NCBI GenBank assembly: GCA_028042835.1
Contig: JAOFOL010000008.1
Location: 674-64,673, forward strand
Reading direction: 5' to 3'
DNA length: 64,000 nucleotides
Source: Opitutales bacterium
Lineage (GTDB): Bacteria; Verrucomicrobiota; Verrucomicrobiia; Opitutales; Seribacteraceae
The position numbers and the translations under genes are program-made. This document shows, piece by piece, positions 18,022 to 28,953 of this stretch (its first letter is position 1; every line of letters starts with the position of its first letter). The notes beneath the pieces were generated by a model that ran no database searches, was not told the origin of the DNA, and saw only the letters and a list, made by a program, of their open reading frames with translations.

Positions 18022-19012
18022 TACCTTTAAAATCGTCCCACAAGAGATCAATTTCCCTGTAGAATGTATTCTTCTCTGATTGAGTGAGGCTTGAAACTCC
18101 AAAACCGTTTTTCACTAGTGTAATGAGTTGGTCTATTGGCATGCTCAACTTATCACTGCATGCCATGTACTCATCTACTAGATTATTATTGAACGAAAGT
18201 GGATCATCAGTACTAAGGGTACACTTTATACCACGATTTAGGAAATCACCCAAAGGATGATCAATCCATTCATCAATAACTCTTAGTTTAAAATTACTTA
18301 TGGGGCACATATCGAGACAAACATCATGATCTAGAAGTTTTTGCATTAAACTTTCCGATTTGATGGCGGCAACACCGTGCTGAATTCGTTTTACCCCAAG
18401 GTTAGAAATAGCATGCTCGATATTAGAAGCAGGACCAAATTCACCTGCGTGAGCTTTCAATACCAGTCCATTATGTTTAGCTTTCGCCCATAAAGGTTCC
18501 GTCCATGTATCTAAAGGAAGATCCTCTGGGCCATGCAGGTCAATTCCACTCAAACCCTCCCAAGACTCCACGGCACTTTCAAGTTTTGGAGCAAGATAAT
18601 CCGTATATGCATTTCTACTTATCCCTAGAAAAACACGTACTTCAAGTCCGACTGGTACAGCAGATAAAATAGCATGTAAGATTTCTTGTCCCGGAACACC
18701 AAGAAACTCGATCATTCCAGCATGAAAACTAGTTTCTAAATAACGAACATTTAGATCTAACAGTGAGTTGAAAATTGATTTGGCAACATCATGATAATCT
18801 TGAGGCGAAGAAAATATTTCCATCGCATGATCAATAAGAATTGATTCAAATTGAGCAAAGTTATCGTATCTAAAGTCAGGAGATCTAAAAACAGGTTCAT
18901 CCGTAAAGCGCACAGGATCTTTACGAACAAGAAACTCCCATGGCAATGCGCCTTCAATGTGAAGATGAGTCTCAGTCTTGGGTAATGCTCGTATGAACTT
19001 TCTAAGATCCAA
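18008..19012 (-). CDS. add: adenosine/adenine deaminase
   Basis: LPKTETHLHIEG, HAGE, RIQHG, STDDP; TTG start. Confidence 0.9.
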   Translation of the reverse strand: MDLRKFIRALPKTETHLHIEGALPWEFLVRKDPVRFTDEPVFRSPDFRYDNFAQFESILIDHAMEIFSSPQDYHDVAKSIFNSLLDLNVRYLETSFHAGMIEFLGVPGQEILHAILSAVPVGLEVRVFLGISRNAYTDYLAPKLESAVESWEGLSGIDLHGPEDLPLDTWTEPLWAKAKHNGLVLKAHAGEFGPASNIEHAISNLGVKRIQHGVAAIKSESLMQKLLDHDVCLDMCPISNFKLRVIDEWIDHPLGDFLNRGIKCTLSTDDPLSFNNNLVDEYMACSDKLSMPIDQLITLVKNGFGVSSLTQSEKNTFYREIDLLWDDFKGNGVG

Positions 19013-19039
19013 AACTAGTGAGGGAAATAAATAAACCGA

Positions 19040-20152
19040 TTAACTTAACAAATATTCAGGATTCAACTTCTTTAAATCATCTGGAAGAAAAATTCCATCC
19101 TTACGAATTAATTCGCCATCAAACCAAATTTCACCTCCACCCCATTCTTCCCGCTGAATATTTACCATATCCCAATGAACCTGAGATTCGTTGCCATTAT
19201 TAGCTTCTTCATAAGCTTGCCCAGGAGTAAAATGAAATGACCCACAGATTTTCTCATCAAATAAGATATCCAACATAGGCTCGCGAATCATCGGATTAAA
19301 AGCGATAGCGAATTCACCTATAAAGCGAGCCCCAGCATCAGAATCAAGGATTTCATTCAACTTATCTTCGCTCGATGATGCAGTTGCTTCGACAATCCTA
19401 CCCTTCTCGAACTTCAGGGAAATATCTGAAAAAGAGGTTCCCTGATAAATGGTATCTGCATTAAATGAAATCACGCCTTCCACGCTATCCTTCACAGGAC
19501 AAGAAAATACTTCACCATCTGGAATATTATGAGTTCCACCACACGCAACAGCATCTATTCCCTTGATTGAGAAACGAAGGTCAGTGCCTGAACCGATGAT
19601 TTTAACACTGTCGGCACTCTTCATCCTTCTCTCTAATGCACGCATTCCCTCGTTCATTCGGGAATAATCCATACAGCACGCCTCGAAATAAAATTTCTCA
19701 AAAGCCTCAGTACTTTTCTTAGCCTGTTGAGCCATGGAAGGTGAAGGCCACCTTAATACACACCATTTTGTCTTTTTGACACGCCAATCAAGCACAGGCT
19801 TTAAAATTTTCATCGCCCGTCTCATGTCATCAGGTGGTAGGTCCGAGTTTTCAAACACATTACTTGACCCCCTCAATGCAATATATGCATCCATTTTTTT
19901 CATTCTTTCTAATTCCCAGTGAGAAGACGCCTCGAACTGCTCGCCTGCACCGTTAAGAATGCATTCGCGATCAAGAATTGCTGATTGAACTTGAACAAAT
20001 GGGATTGCCTTTCTTGCCCGGACTGCCCGAATTAAAGCAAGTGTCATCTTATCAGGAATATCAAAGGCATGAAGAAGTACCTTTTCTCCAGGTTGAAGAT
20101 TGGTCGAGTGAGATACCAAATTTTGAGCAAGTAATGTGTATCTAGGGTCCAT
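19040..20152 (-). CDS. M29 family aminopeptidase (AmpS/PepS-like)
   Basis: [18 protein letters not shown]-x-[12 protein letters not shown]. Confidence 0.92.
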   Translation of the reverse strand: MDPRYTLLAQNLVSHSTNLQPGEKVLLHAFDIPDKMTLALIRAVRARKAIPFVQVQSAILDRECILNGAGEQFEASSHWELERMKKMDAYIALRGSSNVFENSDLPPDDMRRAMKILKPVLDWRVKKTKWCVLRWPSPSMAQQAKKSTEAFEKFYFEACCMDYSRMNEGMRALERRMKSADSVKIIGSGTDLRFSIKGIDAVACGGTHNIPDGEVFSCPVKDSVEGVISFNADTIYQGTSFSDISLKFEKGRIVEATASSSEDKLNEILDSDAGARFIGEFAIAFNPMIREPMLDILFDEKICGSFHFTPGQAYEEANNGNESQVHWDMVNIQREEWGGGEIWFDGELIRKDGIFLPDDLKKLNPEYLLS

Positions 20153-20184
20153 AATGTATGTAGGGTATAAGTGAAATATCTGAA

Positions 20185-21459
20185 TTATCCACGTCGTATT
20201 TTCGATCCAGAAAAATTAATTCTAACTCTGTAGACTTTCTTTACACGGTTGATGATTTCATAACTCTTGGGATCAATCCTGGATGGAATTTCCATCCTTC
20301 GGATATCAACAACAGCGGTGAAGCCTCTTTCTGTAAAAACATCAATAAGTATTGCAATTGCCAGAGGATCATCAAAGACAGAATCTTCTGAATTAATGTA
20401 AGCCAAGCCAGATATTGAATGTTTTTCAACAATAGGAATAAATTTTGACTTAATTAAGCGAACAACACGGTCGAAAAGCTCAGAATGAAACTTTTCGTAT
20501 GAATCTAATCTATGAACGAGTAGTTGCCGAGCATGCAATGAAAGTTTATCAGCAAGTGGGATTGCGGAGATACGATCATAGGTTGCCTCATCCAATTCTA
20601 ATGAACTTTGATACTTAAGTTCCTGTATTATTCTTTGCTGAACCTCCTTAACCGTTCCATGAGCATTGATAAAATGATAATGGAAGAGTTCCCTAAGCGT
20701 GGTAAGGGAATCATAAGTAGACTCCTTGAAGGTTTTATACCTTAGGTGTGCAGCATCTTCCTCTAAGTCAGTTCTTCTAACCTCCCACTTTTCTCCAACA
20801 CCAGACGCCTCCACTTCCGCATTATGAGCAATGGACCTTTGCCCACGAAGTAACTGCCGACGTACGCTTTCCTCCTCATCAATGAAAAGCATGATGATAT
20901 GAAACCTTGGTTTGGGAAATTGAGTTTCCTGTAATGTGCCTAGATACTTACCCCTCAGTTCACTCAAACGGTTGTGAAACAACTTGAGGCATTCAACCTG
21001 GGACTTAGTGCGGGGGTAACCGTCGACGATAGCCCCACTTTCATATTCAGGGTTCAATAATGATCGGAATACTAGTTTGGTCACCTCGCGGTCGCCCGCA
21101 AGCAATCCTGCATCAATTTTCTTCCTAGCCTCAGGTGACTTAAGGAGCTCACTTACAATAATCGGTTTCTCAGTAAGATCCCGAAATTCCATAATGAAAG
21201 CAGTCTGCGTACCCTTTCCAGCACCTGGTGCACCATTAAGCCAAAATATTTCAGCGGGAAACTTAAGGTTCTCGGCTCCCATTTCCTGTTCCAGTTCCTG
21301 CCAAACAGTTTGAAATATGAGTTGTGCATCTTTTACTTCCAAATCCTCAACCTTCTTAGTGGGTTTAATTTCACGCGAGGAATTAGCCGTATTTTCACTC
21401 CCATCGAGGAAGCCTTCATTAACTCTTTCTTTAGAAATATTGGTACTCAATTCAGACAT
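20185..21459 (-). CDS. adenylate-kinase-like nucleoside monophosphate kinase with long extensions
   Basis: [10 protein letters not shown]-loop and DGYPRT; 424 aa. Confidence 0.8.
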   Translation of the reverse strand: MSELSTNISKERVNEGFLDGSENTANSSREIKPTKKVEDLEVKDAQLIFQTVWQELEQEMGAENLKFPAEIFWLNGAPGAGKGTQTAFIMEFRDLTEKPIIVSELLKSPEARKKIDAGLLAGDREVTKLVFRSLLNPEYESGAIVDGYPRTKSQVECLKLFHNRLSELRGKYLGTLQETQFPKPRFHIIMLFIDEEESVRRQLLRGQRSIAHNAEVEASGVGEKWEVRRTDLEEDAAHLRYKTFKESTYDSLTTLRELFHYHFINAHGTVKEVQQRIIQELKYQSSLELDEATYDRISAIPLADKLSLHARQLLVHRLDSYEKFHSELFDRVVRLIKSKFIPIVEKHSISGLAYINSEDSVFDDPLAIAILIDVFTERGFTAVVDIRRMEIPSRIDPKSYEIINRVKKVYRVRINFSGSKIRRG

Positions 21460-21466
21460 TTTATAA

Positions 21467-21495
21467 GAAATAAATCATCCAATAGATTGCGTCAA
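21467..21495 (-). promoter_or_regulatory. candidate sigma70 promoter
   Basis: TTGACG-N17-TATTTC-N7-ATG(21459). Confidence 0.45.
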
Positions 21496-21518
21496 TCTTA
21501 CGAAACATATCAATAAAA

Positions 21519-22325
21519 CTAGATCCCTCCACCAGACTCATATTCTTTCATGCTATTGATAGTATGGTTCATATCAAGAGATGGAGAGCTCTGACTATTC
21601 ATTTGTCCGATCACTCGGGATGGTACACCAGCAACCGATACATTTGCAGGGACATCAGATAAAACGACACTACTTGCACCAACTCGTGCACCTTGGCCTA
21701 CCTCAACATTTCCGAGTATTTTTGCTCCGGCACCAATTAATACTCCAGACCGGATCTTTGGGTGCCGATCGCCCCCCTCTTTACCCGTCCCACCTAAAGT
21801 TACCTCATGAAGTATAGATACATTATCCTCAATTACAGTAGTTTCACCAGCAACAAAACTCGTTGCGTGATCAAGAAGTATTCCCTTCCCTATTGTTGCG
21901 GCCGGATGGATATCAACGGAATACACAATTGAAATTAAACTCTGAAGATATAGAGCAATGTCCTTTCGATTAACATTCCAAAGATAGTTAGATGCACGAT
22001 AAGCACACAAGGCTTGAAATCCTTTAAAATAAAGGAATGGGCTAATGAAATCCTCACAAGCGGGATCCCTATCCTTTACTGCGATTAAATCTGATTCGAT
22101 TTTATCAATTATAGAGTCAGACTTTTCGAAACTTGAAAACAAAAGCTCTTTCAGATCGTTAGCTGGAACAGATCCAGTGGCAAGCCTGGAAGAAATTCGC
22201 CAACTTAAGGCATCAGCAAATGATTTTCTTTCTAAAACATATTCTGTAATAATTTTTGAAAGAATTCTTTCAGTAGAAGCGATTCTGGAAGCTTCCTCCC
22301 GCAATTTTTCCCAAATTTCGCTCAT
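21519..22325 (-). CDS. cysE: serine O-acetyltransferase
   Basis: RDPAC, FKGFQAL, DIHPAA, LGGTGKEGGDRHPKI hexapeptide region. Confidence 0.96.
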   Translation of the reverse strand: MSEIWEKLREEASRIASTERILSKIITEYVLERKSFADALSWRISSRLATGSVPANDLKELLFSSFEKSDSIIDKIESDLIAVKDRDPACEDFISPFLYFKGFQALCAYRASNYLWNVNRKDIALYLQSLISIVYSVDIHPAATIGKGILLDHATSFVAGETTVIEDNVSILHEVTLGGTGKEGGDRHPKIRSGVLIGAGAKILGNVEVGQGARVGASSVVLSDVPANVSVAGVPSRVIGQMNSQSSPSLDMNHTINSMKEYESGGGI

Positions 22326-23006
22326 TTATTTTGTCGGTTTACATTTATCATTAGAATCATCTGTGCTGTAATATTTCTTTCCAATCTCGACCTTACCTCG
22401 CCCTTGAGATGTTCGCCATTTATTTGTGTCACGCAGGGAATAAACGCATCCACAATATTCTTGCTGGTAAAAATTTTCTCTTTTGGAAGTTTCAATCATT
22501 CTTTGAGAACCACCAGATTTCCTCCAGTTGTATGTCCAGTAAACCAAGTCTTGGTATCTTGCTGCTGCTCTTTCCCCGCAACCATTAATCTGTTTCATAT
22601 TTTTCCACCTAGATATGCCTAGACTACTTGAGAAAACCGAAAATCCGTTTTCAGATGCATAAAGAGCTGTTCTTTCGAACCTCATATCAAAACACTGCGT
22701 GCAACGCGACCCTCTCTCAGGTTCCCATTCTAAGCCTTTGATTCGTTCGAACCAAGTCATTGGGTCGTAATCGACATCTACATGCAATACTCCTATTTTT
22801 TCACAAAATCTCTTATCCTCTTCCTTCCTGATCTCATATTCTTTCTTGGGATGAATATTAGGGTTATAGAAAAATACAGTCGGCTGAATCCCTGAATGAA
22901 GTAGTGTCTCTAAGACCTCACCCTCACAGGGCGCACAGCAGGAGTGCAAAAGGAGACTACTTGCTCCTTTCGGAGCCTCTAATTTAGGTCTTTCCGCAGA
23001 ATTCAT
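22326..23006 (-). CDS. queH: epoxyqueuosine reductase QueH
   Basis: [17 protein letters not shown]-x2-EY, RC-x2-[10 protein letters not shown]. Confidence 0.93.
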   Translation of the reverse strand: MNSAERPKLEAPKGASSLLLHSCCAPCEGEVLETLLHSGIQPTVFFYNPNIHPKKEYEIRKEEDKRFCEKIGVLHVDVDYDPMTWFERIKGLEWEPERGSRCTQCFDMRFERTALYASENGFSVFSSSLGISRWKNMKQINGCGERAAARYQDLVYWTYNWRKSGGSQRMIETSKRENFYQQEYCGCVYSLRDTNKWRTSQGRGKVEIGKKYYSTDDSNDKCKPTK

Positions 23007-23048
23007 TCCTGTTTGGTGAAATACGTAACTGTAAGGATGGGGTCATTA

Positions 23049-24068
23049 CTAAAGACTCTCTCGCTTAAGTTCTCGCCCCATAAGATCATCTAGAGCTTTA
23101 CTTGGTTTCTTTCCTTTAAATAAGATTTGATGAATTTCGTTTAAAATGGGCATTTCTACACCCATCCTGTGGCATTTTTCGAAAAAACACTTTGTTGCCG
23201 AATATCCTTCAACTACTGTCTTTTGCGAATCCTTTACCTCAAGTGGAGTCTCGCCAGAAGCAATTGATAGCCCAAATCTCCTATTCCGACTCCATTCTCC
23301 CATGCAGGTACCTATTAAATCACCAAACCCACTTAAACCAAAGAAAGTTTCTTGTTGCCCACCAATCGAACAGCCAAGAGAAATCATTTCGTTCATGCTT
23401 CTTGTGAGTAGAGCGGCTCTCGCATTATCACCAAAACCTAAACCATCCGATAAACCGGTTGCAATTGCGTAAACATTTTTCAGGCAACTCCCCAGTGCTA
23501 CTCCGATTAGGTCAGTCGTACTGTAAATCCTCATTCGAGGAGAACTTATTGCATCCCGAAGAGTGCTCAAATCTTCAACATTTAAGTTCATGGCTAAAGA
23601 CATAGCAGAAGGCTTACCAATCGCAACATCATGAGCGTGGCTTGGACCCGTTAAGTAACCTGCCGCAATGCCTTGGTTTAACTCCGAACTTATCACATCG
23701 TGGGCAAATAAATTAGTTCCTGGCTCGAGCCCCTTACATAGTGCAATAGCTCCCTTTAGATTCCATGAAGAAGAGTCATAAAAGGATGCTTGCTTACATG
23801 TCTCCCTGAGAGCATGGGAGGGGCAAGCAAAGAATATATAATCAGCCTCCATCATGGAAGGCTTCAGATTTGCGCCAATTTGCAAGTCCTCAGGAAACTC
23901 TACATTAGGGAGATAATCTTGGTTAGACCTGTCGCTAGAAAGTTTTAATGCATGCTCATACCTTCGAGGTACAAGGGTAGTTACATGGCCATTACTTGCA
24001 AGGTGTACAGCAACAGCAGTGCCCCAAGCACCAGCTCCAATGACGCAAAAATTCATAGAATTTACCAA
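23049..24068 (-). CDS. gpsA: NAD(P)H-dependent glycerol-3-phosphate dehydrogenase
   Basis: GAGAWGTA, GPSHA, LKNVYAIA-x-G, GDL-x2-TC...SRN. Confidence 0.96.
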   Translation of the reverse strand: MVNSMNFCVIGAGAWGTAVAVHLASNGHVTTLVPRRYEHALKLSSDRSNQDYLPNVEFPEDLQIGANLKPSMMEADYIFFACPSHALRETCKQASFYDSSSWNLKGAIALCKGLEPGTNLFAHDVISSELNQGIAAGYLTGPSHAHDVAIGKPSAMSLAMNLNVEDLSTLRDAISSPRMRIYSTTDLIGVALGSCLKNVYAIATGLSDGLGFGDNARAALLTRSMNEMISLGCSIGGQQETFFGLSGFGDLIGTCMGEWSRNRRFGLSIASGETPLEVKDSQKTVVEGYSATKCFFEKCHRMGVEMPILNEIHQILFKGKKPSKALDDLMGRELKRESL

Positions 24069-24071
24069 TAA

Positions 24072-25010
24072 TTAGTTCGAACGAATATCACGAACATATT
24101 TATTTAGAGAATCAGCTACCACCTTATTAAGATTCGCATATGGTTTGACGAATTTAGGAACCATTCCATTCGACCAACCTAGGAGGTCCGTGGTAACTAA
24201 AATTTGACCATCGCAACCGGTTCCACTTCCTATTCCAATCAATGGCGGTAGGATTTGCCTGGAAAGTTCAGTTGCTACCTGCTCATGTAACATCTCGCCA
24301 ACAACAGCGAAGCAACCTGCTTCTTCTAGTGTAATGGCATCAGTATAAATATTTTCAGCCTCTTCGCGAGTTTCACCAAATTTTCTGTACCCTCCAATTG
24401 CCTTAACTGTTTGTGGCAAAAGTCCGATATGACCGAGTACAGGAATTCCTGTAGCTACCAATTTTTCTACATCGTCAGCAACATCCCTGCCTCCCTCAAT
24501 CTTAACTGCATCAGCTCCACCTTCCTGCATAAGCTTGCGAGAAGATTCAAGCAGGCGGTCAAAAGAAAAACTAGCTTCCCCAAAAGGTAAATCAGCAACA
24601 AGTAAGCATTTCGGATTCGACCTACGAACAGCAGCTGTATGCCTAATCATATCCTCTAAAGTCACTGAAATTGTGGTATCATATCCTAGGAGTGTTGTCC
24701 CCAAAGAGTCACCCACTAGAATAAAGTCAACATTAGCAGCTGAAACAGCCGCACCAAGTATCGTATCGTACGCAGTTAGACCAACGATCTTACGCTTACC
24801 CTTAAGATTCTTGATGTAAGTTGTCGTTGGCAAAATCCCCAAATCCTCTAAAACTTCTGGCTTTGGCGAAACTTTTCGATTACTGCCCTGTAATTTATTT
24901 GGCTCTTTATCACGATTCGGTCTTCCTCGCTTAGTTTTTAAAGCTGTGCTTTTAGGTTTTCTTTCTGATGCTGTAGCATCGGAATCTTCACTTTCAGTTT
25001 CTTTGGACAT
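24072..25010 (-). CDS. panB: 3-methyl-2-oxobutanoate hydroxymethyltransferase
   Basis: LTAYD, ILVGDSLG, VKIEGG, GHIGLLPQ, IGIGSG-x2-CDGQILV; N-terminal extension of about 60 aa. Confidence 0.95.
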   Translation of the reverse strand: MSKETESEDSDATASERKPKSTALKTKRGRPNRDKEPNKLQGSNRKVSPKPEVLEDLGILPTTTYIKNLKGKRKIVGLTAYDTILGAAVSAANVDFILVGDSLGTTLLGYDTTISVTLEDMIRHTAAVRRSNPKCLLVADLPFGEASFSFDRLLESSRKLMQEGGADAVKIEGGRDVADDVEKLVATGIPVLGHIGLLPQTVKAIGGYRKFGETREEAENIYTDAITLEEAGCFAVVGEMLHEQVATELSRQILPPLIGIGSGTGCDGQILVTTDLLGWSNGMVPKFVKPYANLNKVVADSLNKYVRDIRSN

Positions 25011-25996
25011 TATACTTTTGATTCATATCTATCGAGCACTTGATTTATGGCATCGACTTCATCCTCGAATAGAGGTTTTTCGCTAACCGCACAAATTTCT
25101 TTTATTTGACCTGCTTTCCTCGCCCCGACAATAGCGGAAGAAATCTCACTTCTGCGTAATACCCAAGCCACTGCGAGCTGCCCAACTGAACTTCCTCTAT
25201 TTTGGGCAAGTGCGGATAACTCAGATTGGAATGAGAGGAAATGAGCCAGCCCCTCTTCACTCTGAAGTGGGCTCACCACGGGATGATCAACCTTATGCTT
25301 CCTCCAGTCATTCGATGGCAGGGAATCGAGCCAACTTCTGGAAACCTTTCCCGTCAATAAGCCCGACTGCATAGGACTATACGCTAGAACTCCAACTGCA
25401 TTATTTTCACACCAAGGCAATACCTCACTCTCAACTGTCCGTTCAAGCATACTGTACATCGGCTGATTTGAAGTAATCGCTTCAGGATCTCCAAGGATTC
25501 CAAGCTCATCGATAAAGCAATTACAGACTCCAATGTACCTAATCTTCCCTTGTTTTTTTAAATCGATCAAAGTCTCCCAAGAATCATGAAGATTTTCTAA
25601 TGGCGAGGGCCAGTGAATTTGATAGAGGTCAATGACATCTCTTTTCAATCGCTTCAATGAACCCTCGATCTCTTCGCGAATTGATTGAGGAGAAATAAAA
25701 CGAATCGGTTTATTTCCCTCTTCAGGCAAAACTCCACATTTAGTAGCTATAATTACGTGCTCTCGCCATTCAGAGAGCACTTTACCAATTACTTCCTCTG
25801 CTAAGCCAAATCCATAAGCGTGAGCTGTATCAATCCAATTTATACCCGCCTCCAAAGCTTCAATAATTGCTTCCGTAGAGTCTTCTTCCGACTGATTACC
25901 CCAGCCCATGCCCCAATCACCACCTCCGATGGCCCAAGTTCCCATACCTATTTCACTAAGGTTGAGTTCTGAATTACCCAATTGACGATATTTCAT
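25010..25996 (-). CDS. aldo/keto reductase
   Basis: GMGTWAIGG, IDTAHAYG, DLYQIHWP, AYSPMQSGLLTGK. Confidence 0.93.
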   Translation of the reverse strand: MKYRQLGNSELNLSEIGMGTWAIGGGDWGMGWGNQSEEDSTEAIIEALEAGINWIDTAHAYGFGLAEEVIGKVLSEWREHVIIATKCGVLPEEGNKPIRFISPQSIREEIEGSLKRLKRDVIDLYQIHWPSPLENLHDSWETLIDLKKQGKIRYIGVCNCFIDELGILGDPEAITSNQPMYSMLERTVESEVLPWCENNAVGVLAYSPMQSGLLTGKVSRSWLDSLPSNDWRKHKVDHPVVSPLQSEEGLAHFLSFQSELSALAQNRGSSVGQLAVAWVLRRSEISSAIVGARKAGQIKEICAVSEKPLFEDEVDAINQVLDRYESKV

Positions 25997-26051
25997 AAAA
26001 CTACATCAAACTATATTTACAAGATAGGTTAAAGAGTAAACGGCGAATAGC

Positions 26052-26080
26052 TTGTCCTGCAAGATGATCTTAAGTATAAA
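26052..26080 (+). promoter_or_regulatory. candidate sigma70 promoter
   Basis: TTGTCC-N17-TATAAA-N6-ATG(26087). Confidence 0.55.
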
Positions 26081-26086
26081 ATGGGC

Positions 26087-26788
26087 ATGAAAAGAATACT
26101 TATAACTGGAGCATCTAGGGGTATTGGACTTGAATTAGCTCGTCAATTACTCAAAGAAGGAAACACGGTCTATGGTACCTATAGAAACAAAAACTCCTCT
26201 AAAAACCTTTTTCAGCTGGCGGAAAATGAAAATAAACTTCAACTCGTTTGCCTAGATGTTAATTCATCTGAATCGATCAAATCCGCAATCAGAACCATTG
26301 AAGAAAATTCTCCTTCCTTAGATCAGGTTTTCAATAATGCCGGAATTCTTGACTGGAATTCTTTGAAACAGATTTCAGTCGATTCATTTAAAGAGATTTA
26401 TGAAACAAATGTAATTGGAGCATTTCAGGTAAGTCAGGGGGCTCTGCCTCTACTTCAAAAAGGGAAAGATCCACTCATAATAAATCTTTCATCCAGACTT
26501 GGTTCGATTGGGCTAAGGGGAGAAACGCAATTAGGGGGAGCTATTGCTTACCAATGCTCGAAAGCAGCCTTAAATATGCTAACGAAACAATCATCCATTG
26601 ATTACCTTGAATACGGTGTAAGGGTGATATCAATAAGCCCTGGATGGGTAAAGACAGATATGGGAGGACTTGAAGCTAAATATGAAGTGCCTGAATCCGT
26701 TAAGCTTATTTTGTCTCTTTTAGAAAATCTCCCTACACATTCAACAGGTATCTTTGTTGGAGAAGATGGAGAAACTATACCTTGGTAA
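26087..26788 (+). CDS. short-chain dehydrogenase/reductase (C-factor-like)
   Basis: TGASRGIG, NNAG, YQCSK (YxxxK), PGWVKTDMGG; ATG 26081 is an alternative start. Confidence 0.92.
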   Translation: MKRILITGASRGIGLELARQLLKEGNTVYGTYRNKNSSKNLFQLAENENKLQLVCLDVNSSESIKSAIRTIEENSPSLDQVFNNAGILDWNSLKQISVDSFKEIYETNVIGAFQVSQGALPLLQKGKDPLIINLSSRLGSIGLRGETQLGGAIAYQCSKAALNMLTKQSSIDYLEYGVRVISISPGWVKTDMGGLEAKYEVPESVKLILSLLENLPTHSTGIFVGEDGETIPW

Positions 26789-26837
26789 AGAAAAGGATTA
26801 GCTTGTGCACATGCTTATTTCCTTCTAAGCCATTGCC

Positions 26838-27404
26838 ATGACCATACATCCTTTCTTTCTCATGTTCTTTTTAACATGTACCCATGGGGTTTCATTTGCG
26901 ATTGATCTAGGCTCACCTGCCCCAGCCTTTTCATTAAAGGATGAAAATGGAAAAGTTTTTAATTCTAAAGACAGCCTATCAAAAAAGCATCTTCTCGTAT
27001 TTTTTTATCCAGCGGCATTAACCGGTGGGTGCACTAGGCAAGCGTGTTCCTACAGAGATGACCTACTTAAATGGAATTCAAAAGAAGTGAAAATCATTGG
27101 CATTAGCGGAGACTCACCTGCAAACTTGAAATTATTCAAAAAGACGGAACACTTAAACTTCACATTACTTTCAGATCCGGCGGGCAAAACTGCAAAGGAA
27201 TTTGGCGTCCCAGTCAGCAAAGGCGGTACCATCCAGAAATTCATACAAGGAGAACGATTCTCGCTGGAAAGAAGTGCTACAGCAAAAAGATGGACTTTTA
27301 TTATATCCAAGAGTGGTGAAGTGATTTACAAAAACAACAAAGTGAATGCCGTCAAGGACAGTGCCGATGCCATGCATTTCATTTCTAAATTTTTAAAATT
27401 ATAA
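26838..27404 (+). CDS. exported BCP/PrxQ-type peroxiredoxin
   Basis: Signal peptide; FYPAALTGGCTRQAC. Confidence 0.85.
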   Translation: MTIHPFFLMFFLTCTHGVSFAIDLGSPAPAFSLKDENGKVFNSKDSLSKKHLLVFFYPAALTGGCTRQACSYRDDLLKWNSKEVKIIGISGDSPANLKLFKKTEHLNFTLLSDPAGKTAKEFGVPVSKGGTIQKFIQGERFSLERSATAKRWTFIISKSGEVIYKNNKVNAVKDSADAMHFISKFLKL

Positions 27405-27414
27405 CCTTATATCT

Positions 27415-27675
27415 ATGAATGGTAACACTAGAAGAAAATTTAAATCCATAGCAAAAGTAAGATCAGTCGATTTGAAAATTGGAAAAAAGGGTATGACCGA
27501 TACTTTCTTAAACGAAGCCCGTACCATACTGACTAAAGACGGTATGATTAAATTTTCCCACACAACCTCAAAAGACAATACACAAGAGCTTATCGACAAA
27601 ATTATTTTACTTTTAAATGCAGTACTAGTACAAAAAGTTGGCAAAACTTTAACTTTTATAAATGTCGAAAATTAA
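27415..27675 (+). CDS. yhbY: YhbY/CRM-domain RNA-binding protein
   Basis: IGKKGMT, MIK, LVQKVGKT; 86 aa. Confidence 0.75.
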   Translation: MNGNTRRKFKSIAKVRSVDLKIGKKGMTDTFLNEARTILTKDGMIKFSHTTSKDNTQELIDKIILLLNAVLVQKVGKTLTFINVEN

Positions 27676-28147
27676 TGCCACTCCACTCTCTGAAGGAAAT
27701 AAAGTTCCAGTATTTAATACAAGCGATGACTCAGGTTTCACTTATTCGAACGAAAATCTATTAGGCTCGAACTTCATTATTTATTTTTACCCAAGGGACA
27801 ATACTCCGGGATGTACAATGCAAGCATGTGATATTCGTGATTCATTTAACGAACTTAAAAAAATACCAATTAAAATACTCGGTGTTTCTGGATGCTCTAT
27901 GTTATCACACAAAAAATTTAAATCTAAGAATTCACTACCCTTCCCTCTTCTGATGGACGAAGACCACAAATTAGCCAAAGCATTTGGGGTTTGGGGTGAA
28001 AAAAAGTTTATGGGAAAAACCTACGATGGAATCCATCGTACCACTTTTATAATTTCCGCGAAAGGGATGGTACTCAAGGTATATTCAAAGGTTAAGCCTA
28101 AATCACACCTAATCGGGCTTATGGATGACTTAAATGGACTCCTCTAA
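27662..28147 (+). CDS. bcp: thioredoxin-dependent thiol peroxidase
   Basis: YFYPRDNTPGCTMQAC, GVWGEKKFMGK, RTTFII. Confidence 0.93.
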   Translation: MSKINATPLSEGNKVPVFNTSDDSGFTYSNENLLGSNFIIYFYPRDNTPGCTMQACDIRDSFNELKKIPIKILGVSGCSMLSHKKFKSKNSLPFPLLMDEDHKLAKAFGVWGEKKFMGKTYDGIHRTTFIISAKGMVLKVYSKVKPKSHLIGLMDDLNGLL

Positions 28148-28166
28148 GTTCTCAGTAAAGCTTTAT

Positions 28167-28931
28167 TTAGTCACCTGTTGCCGCTTCGACTATAGAGCAG
28201 AATGACCGTGCGTTAAGGGAGGCTCCTCCTATAAGACCGCCATCAACATCCGGTTGTGCGAGCAACCCTTTCGCATTTTCAGGTTTCATTGACCCACCGT
28301 AGAGAATTCGGACTCCGGATGCAGCAGTGTCCCCAAAAATATCCGTAAGTAATTTGCGAACATAGGCATGTACCTCTTGGGCCATTTCATTCGTTGCTGT
28401 TTTACCAGTACCAATTGCCCAAACCGGTTCATAGGCTAAGACAAGATTATCAACTTCTGATAGAGGGTAGTTTGCAAGCCCTTCGTAAATTTGTGTTTTT
28501 ATAACGGCAAGAGTTTGATCCGACTCTCGTTCCTCTAGTGTTTCACCGATACAGTAGATTGGCTTAAGGTTATTTTCAACAGCTGCCAAAACTTTGCGAT
28601 TAATAGATTGGTTTGATTCCCCGAAGTATTCCCTTCTCTCGCTATGACCCAAAATGACAAATGTGACATATAAATCACGAAGCATACCAGCAGAGATCTC
28701 TCCAGTAAAAGCACCCGAAGGTTCTGAAGACATGTTCTGTGCACCAAGATGAACCTCTGACTGTTCGACTAAAGACGAAGATTTTTGCAATGAAGTAAAA
28801 GGCGGGCAGATACAAACTTGAGTATGGATTTGCTGCCCAACCAATGAATTAATTTCAGAAATTAAATCGACAGACTCAGATGCCGACATGTTCATTTTCC
28901 AATTTCCGGCGATAAGATATTTTCTAGACAT
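28167..28931 (-). CDS. tpiA: triose-phosphate isomerase
   Basis: AGNWKMN, GHSERR, AYEPVWAIGTG, YGGS. Confidence 0.98.
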   Translation of the reverse strand: MSRKYLIAGNWKMNMSASESVDLISEINSLVGQQIHTQVCICPPFTSLQKSSSLVEQSEVHLGAQNMSSEPSGAFTGEISAGMLRDLYVTFVILGHSERREYFGESNQSINRKVLAAVENNLKPIYCIGETLEERESDQTLAVIKTQIYEGLANYPLSEVDNLVLAYEPVWAIGTGKTATNEMAQEVHAYVRKLLTDIFGDTAASGVRILYGGSMKPENAKGLLAQPDVDGGLIGGASLNARSFCSIVEAATGD

Positions 28932-28953
28932 AATTTGAGTGGCTGAAGGTGAA

